Below, in pieces: positions 18,046 to 26,695 of a stretch of DNA of 64,000 nucleotides (positions within the stretch are counted from its first letter, which is position 1; each line of letters begins with the position of its first letter). Source of the DNA: Nostocaceae cyanobacterium (lineage in GTDB: Bacteria > Cyanobacteriota > Cyanobacteriia > Cyanobacteriales > Nostocaceae); assembly GCA_035285345.1 (NCBI GenBank), contig JAYKJH010000239.1, forward strand, positions 4,840-68,839. Direction: 5' to 3'. The position numbers were made by a program, and so were the translations under genes. Below the pieces are notes generated by a model. The model did no database searches. It had not been told where the DNA came from and was given only the letters and a program-made list of their open reading frames with translations.

Positions 18046-20307
18046 ATGTCTACCCAAAAGTTACTCTTAAAATTTGCTAAACCGTATCCAGGGTTGATTT
18101 TCCTGACAATTTTGTTAGGATTTTCGGGGGCTTTATTTAATGGCGTAGGAACGGCTTTGATTGTCCCGGTAATTCTCCGAATTGTGGGACAAGAAGTGGA
18201 TTTTAAAGGCGCTCCTCCCATTATTCAAGCAATTATGTCTCCCTTTGAGAATATCCCAGAAAATAACCGTTTAATGGTGATGACTGGGGCAATAATTTGC
18301 ACAATTTTTTTTAAAAATTGTGCAAATTATGCGAGTACTTTAGCATCTAGTTCGCTATCGCGCATGTTGACATCAGATATGCGGGAAGCAGGATTAAAGT
18401 TACTCCTAGAAATTGACATAGCTTATTACACCAAGATGAAAGTTGGTGATTTAATAAATCGCCTTGGTGGAGAAATTTCTCGTGCGGCAAGTGCTATAGG
18501 TAATGCAATTAAGTTAATTATAGTAGTAATTACAATTCTAGTTTTAGTTGGATTGTTGCTGTCAATTTCATGGCAGTTAACGGTTGCTTCGACGATTTTA
18601 TTGTTTTTAGTGACGTTAATTAATCAGTATGCTATTTCCCGCTCGAAAGATTTTGGCAAACAGCTATCAGAAATGTCAAAAGCTTATTCAATTACGGTGC
18701 TGGAGACACTCAGCGGGATTCGTCTGGTAAAGTCAACAGGTAATGAAGAAAGAGAATATCAACGAATTCAAAAATTAATTCGCGAACGGGAAAAAGCAGA
18801 GTTTAAATCTCAAGTTCATTCGGAAGCGATTGCACCAGTTAGCGAGGTGACAGGGATTGTTGCATTAATATCAATTGTCTTTTTAGGCAGGACTTTTTTT
18901 GCAGACCAAATAGCTTCTCTATCAGCGGTTTTGCTGACATATTTATTAGTTCTATTTCGGTTATTACCTTTTATTTCTCAATTAAATACTTTGCGGAGTA
19001 GTTTTGCGAATACTTCCACTAGTGTTGATTTAGTAACGGATTTTTTACGTCGCGATAATAAGCCGTTTATGAGCAACGGTAAGCAGCCATATATAAAATT
19101 ACAAGAGGGAATACATTTTCAGAATATTTCTTTTGCTTACCCTGGTCAGGAACATATGGTATTGAAAAAGGTAGATTTACATTTACCACGTGGTACAACT
19201 TTAGCTTTGGTTGGTGGTTCTGGTGCTGGTAAATCTACTTTGGCTGACCTTTTACCGAGATTTTATGACCCGATTTCTGGTTGTATTAGTCTCGATAATC
19301 AAGATTTGCGTTCTTTTGACTTGAAGTCCCTGCGTAGCGCTATGGGAATTGTGAGTCAAGATACGTTTCTATTTAATGATACTGTAGAAAATAATATAGG
19401 CTATGGACGACCGGGAGCGACATTTGCAGAAGTTGAAGCAGCAGCAAAACGGGCTAATGCTTATGAGTTTATTATTAAATTACCCCAAGGATTTGAAACC
19501 ATCATAGGCGATCGCGGTGTAATGTTGTCGGGTGGACAGCGACAAAGATTAGCGATCGCACGTGCTTTGCTCCAAGACCCAGAAATTTTGATTCTCGATG
19601 AAGCGACGAGTGCTTTAGATACAGTTTCGGAAAGATTAGTCCAAACTGCTCTGGATGATTTGAGTCGCGATCGCACTACCCTGGTAATTGCTCACCGACT
19701 TTCTACAGTGCAAAAAGCTGACCAAATTGCTGTGTTAGATCAGGGACATGTGGTTGAGGTAGGAACCCATGAGGAACTATTGCACAAGGGAGGCTATTAT
19801 TCTCGCCTTTATCAAATGCAATTTACTGAGCGTCATGAAGATTTTACCACAAGCCATCAAACCTTTCTCCGCACTGCTCACGAAGTCCGGACGCGGCTAA
19901 ATTCGATGATTGGTTTGCTACAGATGTTACTGGATGATATGGTAGAAAGTCCGGAAGAAAGACACGAGTTAATTACAGAATCTTACAATTGTGCTGGGAA
20001 AATTCTCAACTCAATTGAGTTTTTTGAAGATAGCGTTAAATTACACTTACGCTTGCAACCAACGTCTTTTTCTGAACCGGAAATTGGCTTAAATAACTCC
20101 CAAGAAGACTTTATTCGTATCTCCCATGAAATTCGTACTCGTCTTAATCCAATGTTAGGTTTTTTGGGGTTACTTGTAGATAATATGGTGGAAAATGTTG
20201 CCGAAGAACACGAGTTATTAGGAGAGGCTTATCATTCTGTTATTCATTTAATTGATACTATTGAATTTTTTGAAGACAGTGTAGATGTCAGGTTGTTATC
20301 GCATTAG
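18046..20307 (+). CDS. ABC exporter (fused permease/ATPase, MsbA/PglK-like) with an atypical C-terminal extension of about 150 aa
   Basis: Six-TM N-terminal domain, Walker A GGSGAGKST, signature LSGGQRQR, and Walker B ILILDEATSALD. The canonical end is near YYSRLYQMQF (about residue 595), followed by two H-box-like repeats. Confidence 0.9.
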   Translation: MSTQKLLLKFAKPYPGLIFLTILLGFSGALFNGVGTALIVPVILRIVGQEVDFKGAPPIIQAIMSPFENIPENNRLMVMTGAIICTIFFKNCANYASTLASSSLSRMLTSDMREAGLKLLLEIDIAYYTKMKVGDLINRLGGEISRAASAIGNAIKLIIVVITILVLVGLLLSISWQLTVASTILLFLVTLINQYAISRSKDFGKQLSEMSKAYSITVLETLSGIRLVKSTGNEEREYQRIQKLIREREKAEFKSQVHSEAIAPVSEVTGIVALISIVFLGRTFFADQIASLSAVLLTYLLVLFRLLPFISQLNTLRSSFANTSTSVDLVTDFLRRDNKPFMSNGKQPYIKLQEGIHFQNISFAYPGQEHMVLKKVDLHLPRGTTLALVGGSGAGKSTLADLLPRFYDPISGCISLDNQDLRSFDLKSLRSAMGIVSQDTFLFNDTVENNIGYGRPGATFAEVEAAAKRANAYEFIIKLPQGFETIIGDRGVMLSGGQRQRLAIARALLQDPEILILDEATSALDTVSERLVQTALDDLSRDRTTLVIAHRLSTVQKADQIAVLDQGHVVEVGTHEELLHKGGYYSRLYQMQFTERHEDFTTSHQTFLRTAHEVRTRLNSMIGLLQMLLDDMVESPEERHELITESYNCAGKILNSIEFFEDSVKLHLRLQPTSFSEPEIGLNNSQEDFIRISHEIRTRLNPMLGFLGLLVDNMVENVAEEHELLGEAYHSVIHLIDTIEFFEDSVDVRLLSH
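19849..20304 (+). other. Two tandem HisKA/DHp-like modules (70 aa each) fused to the ABC exporter C-terminus
   Basis: R1 (19849..20058) is FLRTAHEVRTRLNSMIGLLQMLLDDMVESPEERHELITESY...IEFFEDSV. R2 (20095..20304) is FIRISHEIRTRLNPMLGFLGLLVDNMVENVAEEHELLGEAY...IEFFEDSV. Both resemble the histidine-kinase H-box (SHELRTPLN) with His codons at 19879 and 20125. No HATPase_c domain follows. Confidence 0.6.
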
Positions 20308-20376
20308 AGAAATTTTTAGGCTATTTACGTAGATTATAAGAATGATTTAACCGCAGATGAACTCTGATAAACGCCG

Positions 20377-21348
20377 ATGAATAGAAAAATTGTGGGAATG
20401 ATTAGTAGCTATTCTGGGCTGGAAAATAGACCAGATTGGTTGTGGCATCAAACGCCTTATCATTTTGGTAATTGGGGTAATATACAAATACTGGCACAAG
20501 CTCCTAAGCCAGATTTTTTATTAATGTACAATTATACAAGCTTTCCAGAAATTTCCGATAAAAAGGGATTTTTTTGGCAAAAAAATCGAAAAAAAAATGA
20601 ATATGAATTAGCGCAACAAGAGCTAGTCTCTAAGCTCCGAGGTGTTCCTAAAGAGCGGATAATTTATTTATTGCGGGAACCACCTTTAGATGAGGTCGTA
20701 GAGGCGAATAAGAGGTTTTATCGGCAAGCTCAGAATTATTGTAGCTATATTTCTGGTCCTGATGATTTTGCACCGACACCTGATTATATGCCTGCGATTT
20801 GGTATCATTCTAATTCATTTAGAGATTTAAATGATTTGCCGCATCCAGAGAAAGTAGCACCATGTAGTTGGATTACTTCTGGTATTACTCGCACAGCAAA
20901 TCATCGTCAGCGGATGACTTTTTTGCAAGAGTTACAAGCGAGTAATATTAAGTTTGATTTGTACGGTCGTGATTTACCAAATTGGGCACGAACTCCCGGA
21001 CAAATTGGGAGTAAATGGTCTGGTATGGCTCCTTATTATTATAACTTGGCGATTGAAAATTATGCTGATAATGATTGGTATGTGAGTGAGAAATTATGGG
21101 ATGCTTTACTTGCTTGGTGTTTACCAATTTATTATGGTGGTTCGGCGGCTGATAAGTTATTACCGAGCGGGAGTTTTTTAAGATTACCTAGTTTGGATGA
21201 AAAGGGAATTGCTTATATTCAGGATGTGACGGCTACTCCTGATGCTTGGTATGCAGCAAAGGATGCTATTGCTGAAGCGAGAAAGGTGATTTTACATAAG
21301 TTAAATTTGTTGGATTGGTTGTCAAATTATGTGAAACAATTTGATTAA
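20377..21348 (+). CDS. Glycosyltransferase family 10-like (alpha-1,3-fucosyltransferase-like)
   Basis: YNLAIENYADNDWYVSEKLWDALLAWCLPIYYGG closely parallels the GT10 motif FxLxFENSxxxxYVTEKxxDA....IPIYWG of Helicobacter FutA. Confidence 0.7.
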   Translation: MNRKIVGMISSYSGLENRPDWLWHQTPYHFGNWGNIQILAQAPKPDFLLMYNYTSFPEISDKKGFFWQKNRKKNEYELAQQELVSKLRGVPKERIIYLLREPPLDEVVEANKRFYRQAQNYCSYISGPDDFAPTPDYMPAIWYHSNSFRDLNDLPHPEKVAPCSWITSGITRTANHRQRMTFLQELQASNIKFDLYGRDLPNWARTPGQIGSKWSGMAPYYYNLAIENYADNDWYVSEKLWDALLAWCLPIYYGGSAADKLLPSGSFLRLPSLDEKGIAYIQDVTATPDAWYAAKDAIAEARKVILHKLNLLDWLSNYVKQFD

Positions 21349-21435
21349 CAACCGCCAAGATGCCAAGGAAACCAAGGGAAGAAAGAAGAGGGATAGTTTA
21401 ATACGGGTGTTATTAGGGAGGATTGGGAGACTTTA

Positions 21436-22440
21436 ATGAGTGAGGGAATATATATTCTTGCTAATGATGTGGTTTATGAGCAGTTGGTGGCTTTGTTAAA
21501 TAGTATTGAGGTTAATGCAGGTAAAAATTATCCGGTTTGTGTGATTCCTTATGATGATAGGTTGGATAGGGTTAAGGGGGAAGTTGAAAGGAGAAATAAT
21601 GTCGAGATATTGGGGGATAAGGAGATAATTTCTCTTTGGGAAGGGTTTGCTTCTGAGATTTGGAAAACTCATCCTGATGCTTTTAAGGTGTGGGAAAAAG
21701 ACGGTATTTCTGGTGTTTATCGGTTGGGAATGCATCGTCGGTTTTGTGCTTTTGATGGTATTTTTGATAAATTTATTTATTTAGATGCTGATATTCTGGT
21801 TTTGAATTCTTTGGAGTATATTTTTGGGCAGTTAAATCACAGTGATTTTGTGGTTTATGATTTTCAACATAAAGATGTTACCCATGTATATGATATAAAT
21901 TCTCAGAAGTTAAGAGATGTGTTTCTCCAGTCTCGCTTAGATTATGAAATCTTTTGTGCGGGGATGTATGGAGGGAGGAGGGGAATTTTTAATGGGGAAA
22001 TGCGAGAGTATCTCTTATCTCAACTGCGACAGGGAGATGGGGAAATTTTATATATGAATGCTCCTGACCAAACTATCCTTAATTATATGGTGATGAAGTC
22101 GGGGATTTCTAGCTATAATTTCGCTCATCATTTAGGGAAGGACGAAGTTACTGGTTGTTGTGTTACTTCACCGCATTTTCAGGAAAAAAATCATGTTTTG
22201 TATGACAATGCTAATCGTTTAACTTATCTGCACTATATTGGTTTGTCTTCTGCTTTGTTTAGTAAAGTCTGTGCTGGAGAAAATATTATCTTTCCCTATC
22301 GTGATATTTTCTTGCACTATCGTTATTTCCATGAACCAGAGAAGCGACCGAAATTTACAACTAAGCCAAAAGTTTATAATGCACCGCCGAGTTTAGCAAC
22401 ACGAGTATTAAGAAAGTTAGGGATAAAGGTAGAGGTTTAA
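21436..22440 (+). CDS. GT8-like nucleotide-sugar transferase (paralog A)
   Basis: YLDADILVLNSL (DxD), FCAGMYGG, APDQTILNYM. The N-terminus GIYILANDVVYEQLVALLNSI...VIPYDD is shared with the next gene. Confidence 0.65.
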   Translation: MSEGIYILANDVVYEQLVALLNSIEVNAGKNYPVCVIPYDDRLDRVKGEVERRNNVEILGDKEIISLWEGFASEIWKTHPDAFKVWEKDGISGVYRLGMHRRFCAFDGIFDKFIYLDADILVLNSLEYIFGQLNHSDFVVYDFQHKDVTHVYDINSQKLRDVFLQSRLDYEIFCAGMYGGRRGIFNGEMREYLLSQLRQGDGEILYMNAPDQTILNYMVMKSGISSYNFAHHLGKDEVTGCCVTSPHFQEKNHVLYDNANRLTYLHYIGLSSALFSKVCAGENIIFPYRDIFLHYRYFHEPEKRPKFTTKPKVYNAPPSLATRVLRKLGIKVEV

Positions 22441-22443
22441 GAA

Positions 22444-23370
22444 ATGAATAGGGGAATTTATATTATTGCTAATGACAAGGTAATTGACCAGGCGATCGCA
22501 CTCCTTAATAGTATCCGAATTTATGATTCAGATACGCCAGTGGTGATGATTCCTTATGATGATAATTACCAGAAAATTTATGAATTATTGCATAATAATT
22601 TTGGCGTTAAGTTGTACCCAGATTTAGAATTTATCGAGCGTCTTTCTCAAAGATTGCATGAGACTTTTGGCGGGAAGTTCTTCGCACGTCCTAATCAATT
22701 TCGTAAACAAGCTTGTTGGTTTGGGGAATTTGACGAGTTTTTGTATATTGATACTGATATTGTGGTATTTGAGAAAATAATCGATAACCTGAATTATTTG
22801 CAGGAATATGATTTTATTAATTGTGATTATCAACATTTAGGGGGAATTACTAATGTGTTCTCCCAGAGGGTGTTAGAGGAGAAAGTATTTAGCGAAACAG
22901 AAGTCAAAGATATTTTTAATGGTGGTTGGTGGGCTTCTAAGAAAAATCTAATTTCCGAAGATGATTTGTATGAAGTGTTTAGAGAATGTGCAGCGCATCC
23001 GGAATACTTTGATTTTTCGCAAAAGACTTCTGACCAACCGATTATTAATTATATGTTATTAAAGCGCATCCCGCGCCGGTTTAATATTGTGAAAAGAGAG
23101 GGGAAAGCACCGGGAAGTTGGGCTGGTACTCCCCATTTTCAGCGTCAAGGTAATATTTTAATTGACCCGACGGTTAATCAGCCTTTACAATATCTCCACT
23201 GGGCTGGTATTCGCATTCAACCGGGTTGTGCTTATTGGGATATTTGGGAGTATTATCGCCATCTTAATCCTTCTTTGCCACCGATGGATATTCCGGTGTT
23301 TAAACACAAGAATGCTTGGGAGAAAATGTTGGATAATGTGAAAAATCAAGTGCGGAACTTGAAGGCTTAA
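22444..23370 (+). CDS. GT8-like nucleotide-sugar transferase (paralog B)
   Basis: The N-terminus GIYIIANDKVIDQAIALLNSI...MIPYDD, YIDTDIVVF, FNGGWWAS and SDQPIINYM mark it as a tandem paralog of 21436..22440. The gap between them is 3 nt. Confidence 0.65.
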   Translation: MNRGIYIIANDKVIDQAIALLNSIRIYDSDTPVVMIPYDDNYQKIYELLHNNFGVKLYPDLEFIERLSQRLHETFGGKFFARPNQFRKQACWFGEFDEFLYIDTDIVVFEKIIDNLNYLQEYDFINCDYQHLGGITNVFSQRVLEEKVFSETEVKDIFNGGWWASKKNLISEDDLYEVFRECAAHPEYFDFSQKTSDQPIINYMLLKRIPRRFNIVKREGKAPGSWAGTPHFQRQGNILIDPTVNQPLQYLHWAGIRIQPGCAYWDIWEYYRHLNPSLPPMDIPVFKHKNAWEKMLDNVKNQVRNLKA

Positions 23371-23443
23371 ATTAGCTCACGCTGGATACGCAAAGGTGCA
23401 AAGGTATATGAGTTGGTTTGGAAATATGTATTTTCGAGAAATG

Positions 23444-23509
23444 AACCACAGATGAACATTCATGAACACAGATAAACCCATCTGTGTTTATCTGTGTGTA
23501 TCTGTGGTT
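23444..23509. repeat. Nested palindromic dispersed-repeat unit (MITE-like), possible terminator of the glycosyltransferase operon
   Basis: The outer arms are AACCACAGAT (23444..23453) and ATCTGTGGTT (23500..23509). The inner 12-bp perfect hairpin is ACACAGATAAAC (23466..23477) with GTTTATCTGTGT (23486..23497). The same AACCACAGATGA motif flanks the TnpB element. Confidence 0.7.
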
Positions 23510-23564
23510 AACTTCCTTATTATCTGAATTTTTGCCAGCACTATATTAACGTAATTATTAATCC

Positions 23565-24332
23565 ATGAGTCAAAAAGATTTTTGCTTTTGCACTCTAGCT
23601 CTGGGTAGCAAATACCGTTTTTTTGTTAAACAATTAGCCCAAGATTTAGAAGTTTATTCTCCGGGGACAATGCTGGTGGTGTATACGGATGTTCCGGAAG
23701 ATTTAAAGAGTCAGGGGAATATTTTGGCGGTGAAGCATCAGCAAGAGGGGATTTTGCTTTGTTATCATGACAAACGGTTGCCGATAGCTAGGGCTTTGTC
23801 TGAGTTTCGGGTGGCGATTTTTCTGGATGCTGATATGAGAATTATCGCTCCTGTACCTGATAATATTAATTGGATTCCGGGGATTACTGCAGGGCATCAA
23901 GAGAATTTGTTGGAGCATATCGAGAAATATACTCCAGAGAAGTTAGTTTGTACTCGGAAGTTGGCGCCGAAGTTAAAGCTAGATTTGGCGAGTACTAAAT
24001 ATATTGGCGAATGTATATTTATTGTGACTAGAGACGGGGGAACAGAGAAAGAGTTTATTCAAGAGTGGGGGAAGATTGGGCGTTATTTTGAGCTAAATAA
24101 GCATCATTCTGGTGAAGGTACTGTGATGGGTTTAGCTGCTGCAAAGGTGGGTTGGGATGTGCATCGAGAAGGTTGGGAAGCTATTAGAAATGTGACTCAT
24201 CATTTGGGTGGTGCTTCTGTTCAGAATATCTCAACTTCTTGGGATAATTTTAAGATGAGGATGGGTTATCATTGGCGCTTGAATAAGGGAAGATTGCTGG
24301 CGTTGCAAGATTTTGATTTTTATTATCGATAA
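23565..24332 (+). CDS. Putative DxD nucleotide-sugar transferase (uncharacterised family, paralog 1)
   Basis: FCFCTLALGSKYRFF...YHDKRLPIARAL...IFLDADMRII. It is clearly homologous to the minus-strand gene 24673..25539. Confidence 0.5.
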   Translation: MSQKDFCFCTLALGSKYRFFVKQLAQDLEVYSPGTMLVVYTDVPEDLKSQGNILAVKHQQEGILLCYHDKRLPIARALSEFRVAIFLDADMRIIAPVPDNINWIPGITAGHQENLLEHIEKYTPEKLVCTRKLAPKLKLDLASTKYIGECIFIVTRDGGTEKEFIQEWGKIGRYFELNKHHSGEGTVMGLAAAKVGWDVHREGWEAIRNVTHHLGGASVQNISTSWDNFKMRMGYHWRLNKGRLLALQDFDFYYR

Positions 24333-24364
24333 GTTGGAGATTTCCCAATGCTCGGCGGACGTTT

Positions 24365-24520
24365 GTGGGGAAAGATGTGACTATCAACGCTAGCGCTAGA
24401 GGTAATGGCGATGGTGGCAGGGTTGAAACCACAGGACGATTGATTCTTCAAGATTCACAAGTAAGGGCTGCAACTCTTGCTTCTGGTAATGCTGGTAATG
24501 TCACAGTGATAGCTTGCGAT
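24365..24520 (+). pseudogene. Filamentous-hemagglutinin-like repeat fragment
   Basis: GKDVTINASARGNGDGGRVETTGRLILQDSQVRAATLASGNAGNVTVIA resembles beta-helical FhaB/TPS repeat units. It is isolated, has no N- or C-terminal context, and runs into dispersed repeats. Confidence 0.35.
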
Positions 24521-24672
24521 CGCTCCTCCTTGTACTGTGTCAAGCGCCAAGAAATAAGCTCCAAAATTCTTTTGCGCCTTCTTCTTAGCGCCTTTGCGAC
24601 GCCAGTTGCTTCAACGGGGGTTCCCCCCGCAACGCACTGGCTCGCCTTTGCGCGAAACAAAAATATTCCCCT

Positions 24673-25539
24673 TCACCGACGAAATACCGCGACTACCCTT
24701 AACCGCAATAAATAATAGAAAAACCTAACCTCCTTACCTAACTTACCCACCACCTTTTCCCAAAAAGAAAGCTGAGGATATTCCAGCATTCCCTGCTGCT
24801 GAAAATATATCGCCATATCCTCCATCTTCGACTGACCATTTTTGATTCTAATTAACTCCGTTTTGTCCTTAAAAAAATCTATCCCCTTCATCTCACACCA
24901 TCTTACTGACAAACCAACCTTTACCGCTGCTAAAGCAATAGCATTCCCTTCCGCATCATAAACCCCATTTAATTCAAAATAAGGAGCAATCATATCCCAC
25001 TGCTTGAGAAACTCTAATTCTTTCCCACCATCTTTAGTCACCGAAAACAAATACTCGTAAACAAAAGGAATACTTTCATGTTCCACTGCTAAACCCAACA
25101 TTTGAGCTGCCTTTTGACTCACTTGAAATTCCCGACAAACTCTAGCGCTAGCACTACCCTCCAGAACTTTCGCATACTTTTTCGACATCACTTCACAACC
25201 CCTAGCTGAAATACCTGGTTGTTGAATCCATTGCATATCTTGCGGTACTGACCCCAAAATTCGCATATCCGCATCCAAGAATATACAAGCATTAAACAAC
25301 TCTAAAGCCTTAGCGAACGCAAATCTTTTATCGTGATAACCCTTCACACTTTGCTGACGATGTTTAAAGCTAATAACATTCGACTGTTCGCTAAATTCTT
25401 GCGGTTCATCAGATAAAACTAGAAAAGAAGTGTAAGGCGCATATTTCTCAATATCTTTTGCTAATAACAATGCCAAAGCGCGATATTTCTTTCCAAACGC
25501 TAAAGTGCAGAAACAAAATCCTGGTCTCTCTGAAATCAT
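24673..25539 (-). CDS. Putative DxD nucleotide-sugar transferase (paralog 2)
   Basis: FCFCTLAFGKKYRAL...YHDKRFAFAKAL...IFLDADMRIL. The start MISERPG is preferred, because the 18-codon upstream extension in the ORF track lies in a dispersed repeat. Confidence 0.55.
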   Translation of the reverse strand: MISERPGFCFCTLAFGKKYRALALLLAKDIEKYAPYTSFLVLSDEPQEFSEQSNVISFKHRQQSVKGYHDKRFAFAKALELFNACIFLDADMRILGSVPQDMQWIQQPGISARGCEVMSKKYAKVLEGSASARVCREFQVSQKAAQMLGLAVEHESIPFVYEYLFSVTKDGGKELEFLKQWDMIAPYFELNGVYDAEGNAIALAAVKVGLSVRWCEMKGIDFFKDKTELIRIKNGQSKMEDMAIYFQQQGMLEYPQLSFWEKVVGKLGKEVRFFYYLLRLRVVAVFRR

Positions 25540-25621
25540 ATTTGTGCCTTTGCGCCTTTGCGCGAAAAAAAAATAACTGCTCGTCACCAACAACGAGCAG
25601 TTATTTTAAATCCTCAAATTA

Positions 25622-25999
25622 CTAACTCATAGAATCCAAATCAAGAGCTTGAAAACCTTGACGTTCAGCATAAGCTAACATGCTACCTAATTGCTTCCAA
25701 ACCAACAAACCAGTTAGGAGTGTCATTGGTATCCCCACAGCATAGGCTAGCAAAGTGGGAAAGCCAAAAATTTCCAACCCAGAACCAAGAAACAGACAAA
25801 CACCGCCACTAATACCGATAAATGGCACGAAAATGCTGTTAATCGACAAGCTACTAGTTTCGGAAGTTTGGGCACCATTTTTTTGCCATTTCCGCACAAT
25901 TAATTTCAGCGTAGAGGCAAATGCTGCACCAGAGGTTAATGCTGCCAAAAGCCCAACTACAAGCAGGACATAGGGCGGACTAAAGGAATAGTAATACAT
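25622..25999 (-). CDS. Small integral membrane protein (3-4 TM)
   Basis: 125 aa and strongly hydrophobic. I recognise no family. Confidence 0.5.
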   Translation of the reverse strand: MYYYSFSPPYVLLVVGLLAALTSGAAFASTLKLIVRKWQKNGAQTSETSSLSINSIFVPFIGISGGVCLFLGSGLEIFGFPTLLAYAVGIPMTLLTGLLVWKQLGSMLAYAERQGFQALDLDSMS

Positions 26000-26267
26000 G
26001 AATAACTCCTGATAATGACTGGGGGAAAGTTATCAAGACACTCCTAGGAAGTATCTCTATCACTGTCTCACAAAAAACCGATTGCGGTTAGCAAACCTAG
26101 ATGTTATGTTTCCCTGTCCTACTCAAACACCAGATTCTCCAGATTTATAATCTTAATTAATCTAATTCAGTAAAAATATAAGCTATTACGATTTACAAAT
26201 TGATAAACTCCGCAATATTTGCTTAACATCAAAAAAATAATTGACAGCATTCTCAATTATCCACGTA

Positions 26268-26296
26268 TTTACAAGCCTTTGCCGATGTAGTATAAT
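26268..26296 (+). promoter_or_regulatory. Near-consensus sigma70-type promoter with no downstream ORF
   Basis: TTTACA (26268..26273), then N17, then TATAAT (26291..26296). A second TTGACA lies at 26241. Downstream are about 240 nt of AT-rich, ORF-free sequence before the IS element. Confidence 0.4.
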
Positions 26297-26581
26297 TTTT
26301 CATAATACTGGCGACGTATGTAGCTTAATAAAAAAACCTTTAATATCGCTTAATAATTGCTTGAATGCACAAAACACAAAAAATTCAACGTATTACACCT
26401 GCAACTTTTTAGTTTATTTTCACGGGTTTATCAACTAAATATCGTTAATTTTTATAAATCAATTATCTAAAGAATTACTAAAAAAGCCATTTATACCTTG
26501 ACATAAAGATAATGATGTGATGTTAGATATATTTTGGAAATTAACCACAGATGATTTATCTGTGTTTTAGCTCTTAGACGG

Positions 26582-26619
26582 GAAGCCCCGCGCTCTACCC
26601 GATAGGGTGAGCGTCGGGA
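26582..26619 (+). repeat. Left-end subterminal hairpin
   Basis: GAAGCCCCGCGCTCTACCCGATAGGGTGAGCGTCGGGA forms a stem of about 14 bp with 2 bulges and a GATA loop. It has the same architecture as the right-end hairpin. Confidence 0.7.
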
Positions 26620-26695
26620 TGAGAGGCGCGTGAGTCGAGGTACGTTGCCTGACCAATGCGAAGCGAGGGAAGGCAACAGTGCCTAGACGAACACA

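Noticed and set aside
24365-24715. 116-aa ORF treated as an intact gene.
   Set aside because: Only the first 50 or so residues look protein-like (hemagglutinin-type repeat). The rest is a translation of GC-rich dispersed repeats. I kept it only as a pseudogene fragment.
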